The position numbers and the translations under genes were made by a program. Positions 30,168-32,000 of a stretch of 32,000 nucleotides of DNA are shown in pieces. Numbering within the stretch: position 1 is the first letter of the stretch; every line of letters starts with the position of its first letter. The DNA comes from Aquifex aeolicus VF5. Lineage in GTDB: Bacteria > Aquificota > Aquificia > Aquificales > Aquificaceae. The stretch is from positions 750,001 to 782,000 of the forward strand of contig NC_000918.1 of the NCBI RefSeq assembly GCF_000008625.1, given 5' to 3'. A model generated the notes under the pieces. It worked only from the letters and a program-made list of their open reading frames with translations, did no database searches and was not told the DNA's origin.

Positions 30168-31467
30168 AGATGACAAGGTTTTCAGAGGTTTACTCGAGGA
30201 ATACCTTTCCATGAAAGGTATAAAAGTTGAGAGTGCTGAGAGGGGAAAGGAAGCGTACAAACTCCTTTCGGAAAAACACTTCAACGTGGTACTCCTTGAT
30301 CTCCTGCTTCCAGACGTGAACGGACTGGAAATACTCAAGTGGATTAAAGAAAGAAGCCCGGAAACGGAAGTAATCGTAATTACGGGACACGGAACTATAA
30401 AAACTGCGGTAGAAGCTATGAAAATGGGAGCGTACGACTTTTTAACAAAACCCTGCATGCTCGAAGAAATAGAACTCACTATAAATAAGGCGATAGAACA
30501 CAGGAAATTGAGGAAAGAAAACGAATTACTGAGAAGGGAAAAGGACTTAAAGGAAGAGGAGTACGTATTCGAAAGCCCCAAAATGAAGGAGATTCTGGAA
30601 AAAATTAAGAAGATTTCCTGTGCGGAATGTCCCGTCCTTATCACGGGAGAAAGCGGAGTTGGAAAGGAGGTTGTGGCACGGCTTATACACAAATTGAGCG
30701 ACAGATCTAAAGAGCCCTTTGTTGCATTAAATGTTGCTTCAATTCCCCGGGATATATTCGAAGCGGAACTCTTCGGGTACGAAAAGGGAGCCTTCACGGG
30801 AGCAGTATCTTCCAAGGAAGGTTTTTTTGAGCTTGCGGACGGAGGAACACTCTTTTTGGACGAGATAGGTGAGCTGAGTTTAGAGGCTCAGGCAAAACTG
30901 CTCAGGGTAATTGAGAGCGGAAAGTTTTACAGACTCGGCGGAAGGAAGGAAATTGAAGTAAACGTAAGGATTCTGGCCGCAACTAATAGAAACATTAAAG
31001 AACTTGTAAAGGAAGGAAAGTTCAGGGAAGACCTTTACTACAGACTCGGAGTTATCGAGATAGAAATACCACCTTTGAGGGAAAGGAAGGAAGACATAAT
31101 CCCTCTCGCCAATCACTTTCTGAAAAAGTTTAGCAGGAAGTACGCAAAAGAAGTGGAGGGATTCACAAAAAGTGCCCAAGAACTTCTACTAAGTTATCCC
31201 TGGTACGGAAACGTGAGGGAACTCAAAAACGTAATTGAAAGGGCTGTACTCTTTTCCGAGGGAAAGTTTATAGACAGAGGGGAATTGTCCTGCTTGGTAA
31301 ATTCAAAAGGGATAAAAAACAAACACAAAAGTATAAAGGAAATTGAAAAGGAAGAAATAATAAAAGTCTTGAAAGAGGTAAATTTCAATAAAAAACTTGC
31401 TTCCGAGATCCTTGGGATTCCCTTAAGAACTCTCTACAGGAGACTGAAGGAGTACGGAATAGAGTAA
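30148..31467 (+). CDS. ntrC: Sigma-54-dependent response regulator (receiver, AAA+, HTH), NtrC family
   Basis: Receiver domain with VLLDLLLPDVNG (phospho-Asp) and DFLTKP. AAA+ Walker A GESGVGKE, the sigma-54 contact loop EKGAFTGA (GAFTGA), Walker B LFLDEIGE. C-terminal Fis-type HTH ASEILGIPLRTLYRRLKEYG. GTG start overlaps the kinase by 20 nt. Confidence 0.95.
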   Translation: MNVLVIEDDKVFRGLLEEYLSMKGIKVESAERGKEAYKLLSEKHFNVVLLDLLLPDVNGLEILKWIKERSPETEVIVITGHGTIKTAVEAMKMGAYDFLTKPCMLEEIELTINKAIEHRKLRKENELLRREKDLKEEEYVFESPKMKEILEKIKKISCAECPVLITGESGVGKEVVARLIHKLSDRSKEPFVALNVASIPRDIFEAELFGYEKGAFTGAVSSKEGFFELADGGTLFLDEIGELSLEAQAKLLRVIESGKFYRLGGRKEIEVNVRILAATNRNIKELVKEGKFREDLYYRLGVIEIEIPPLRERKEDIIPLANHFLKKFSRKYAKEVEGFTKSAQELLLSYPWYGNVRELKNVIERAVLFSEGKFIDRGELSCLVNSKGIKNKHKSIKEIEKEEIIKVLKEVNFNKKLASEILGIPLRTLYRRLKEYGIE

Positions 31468-31476
31468 TTGTCAGAC

Positions 31477-31504
31477 TGGCAAATTTTTGCCAAAATGGCA
31501 AAAA
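31477..31504. promoter_or_regulatory. Candidate enhancer (UAS): three alternating TGGCAAA / TTTGCCA half-sites forming two overlapping palindromes
   Basis: TGGCAAA-tt-TTTGCCA (31477-31492) and TTTGCCA-aaa-TGGCAAA (31486-31502). They begin 9 nt after the ntrC stop codon and lie about 40-65 nt upstream of the -24 element. Confidence 0.55.
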
Positions 31505-31542
31505 TCCCTTCCTCTAACCCTTGATTTTCAAGCTCAAGAATT

Positions 31543-31558
31543 TGGCACACTACTTGCA
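31543..31558 (+). promoter_or_regulatory. Sigma-54 (-24/-12) promoter
   Basis: TGGCAC (31543-31548) - actac - TTGCA (31554-31558) is an exact match to the TGGCAC-N5-TTGCW consensus. It is followed by SD GGAGGTGA and ATG 31584. Confidence 0.8.
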
Positions 31559-31583
31559 TTTATCCGTTCAGGAGGTGAGAGAT

Positions 31584-32000
31584 ATGAGGAGAAGAGACTT
31601 TTTAACCTTAGGTGCAGCTTTTTTACTTACCGCTGCCGTACCATCATTTTCAATTGAAAGACTCTCTTTCAAAGATCTCAAGAAAAAAGCGGAGATCGAC
31701 GTGGTTTACCACGCGGACTTTCCTCAGGAAAAGCGTTTCAAGACTATGCTGAGGAACATAACAAACCACCTTTCCGTCTACAACTTCGATCCCTTTAAGG
31801 TTCACATCGTCGTTGTTGCACACGGAGCTGGGGCAAAGTTCTTCCTGAAAGATCTTAAAGGTACAAGGTGGGAAAAGGAACCTATAGATCAGAAAGCTAT
31901 AAAGGCTAAGCTTGAAGAGCTACAGCAGTACGGTGTAGAGTTCTACGTTTGCGGGATAACGGTAAAGAGGCTAAAACTAAAGGACAAGCTCTACGACTTC
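31584..32000 (+). CDS. Tat-signal DsrE-related (COG1416-like) protein; 3' end outside the window
   Basis: MRRRDFLTLGAAFLLTAAVPSFS is a twin-arginine signal. The mature part, DVVYHADFPQEKRFKTMLRNITNHL...KVHIVVVAHGAGAKFFLKD...GVEFYVCGITVKRL, resembles DsrE/DsrF-like small sulfur-relay-fold proteins. The ORF is still open at nt 32000. Confidence 0.6.
   Translation, partial: MRRRDFLTLGAAFLLTAAVPSFSIERLSFKDLKKKAEIDVVYHADFPQEKRFKTMLRNITNHLSVYNFDPFKVHIVVVAHGAGAKFFLKDLKGTRWEKEPIDQKAIKAKLEELQQYGVEFYVCGITVKRLKLKDKLYDF

Noticed and set aside
29895-30815. 306-aa minus-strand ORF spanning the kinase/regulator junction
   Set aside because: It is antisense to two well-supported genes. The Ser/Phe/Leu-rich low-complexity translation is the expected mirror of Lys/Glu-rich coding sequence. 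It has no motifs and no start context.

Overview
Gene-dense bacterial chromosome segment: about 30 real CDS, no rRNA, tRNA, CRISPR or transposase genes seen. The Lys/Glu-rich proteins suggest a thermophile. From memory, several products match Aquifex aeolicus proteins: the bifunctional Sat/CysC PAPS synthase, the Wzm/Wzt O-antigen exporter, and NtrC1 starting MNVLVIEDDKVFRGLLEEYL. I cannot verify this without a database search. Left part (1-18.3 kb) is a compositionally mosaic cell-envelope island. It holds a tandem GT4 glycosyltransferase, PAPS synthase, gmd and a disrupted SET-domain gene. It also holds a methyltransferase-regulatory-domain protein with a degenerate SAM motif and a TPR-sulfotransferase fusion. 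The rest of the island is an RTX-repeat protein with a type I secretion tail, a TolC-like OMP, a wzm-wzt O-polysaccharide exporter operon with another GT4 enzyme, and a PrtD-type T1SS ABC exporter with no adjacent membrane-fusion protein. Right part (18.3-32 kb) is mostly housekeeping: yceD-rpmF-plsX-fabH, holA, purQ, an archaeal-type Rnl3 RNA ligase, moaD, gcvH, gcvPA, a Mut7-C nuclease and rsmI. It ends with a binding-protein/histidine-kinase/NtrC module, followed by palindromic enhancer sites and a textbook sigma-54 promoter driving a Tat-signal DsrE-related gene. Best candidate for an undescribed system: a dedicated PAPS source plus a TPR-sulfotransferase sitting among a T1SS/RTX cargo and a Wzt exporter whose carbohydrate-binding domain has no WbdD-type terminator nearby. 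This suggests sulfation of either a secreted RTX protein (Rax-like logic) or the O-polysaccharide cap. Other direct observations are symmetric back-to-back apparently leaderless promoters, overlap or abutment at all five convergent gene junctions, and a SET-domain gene carrying one frameshift and one in-frame TGA.
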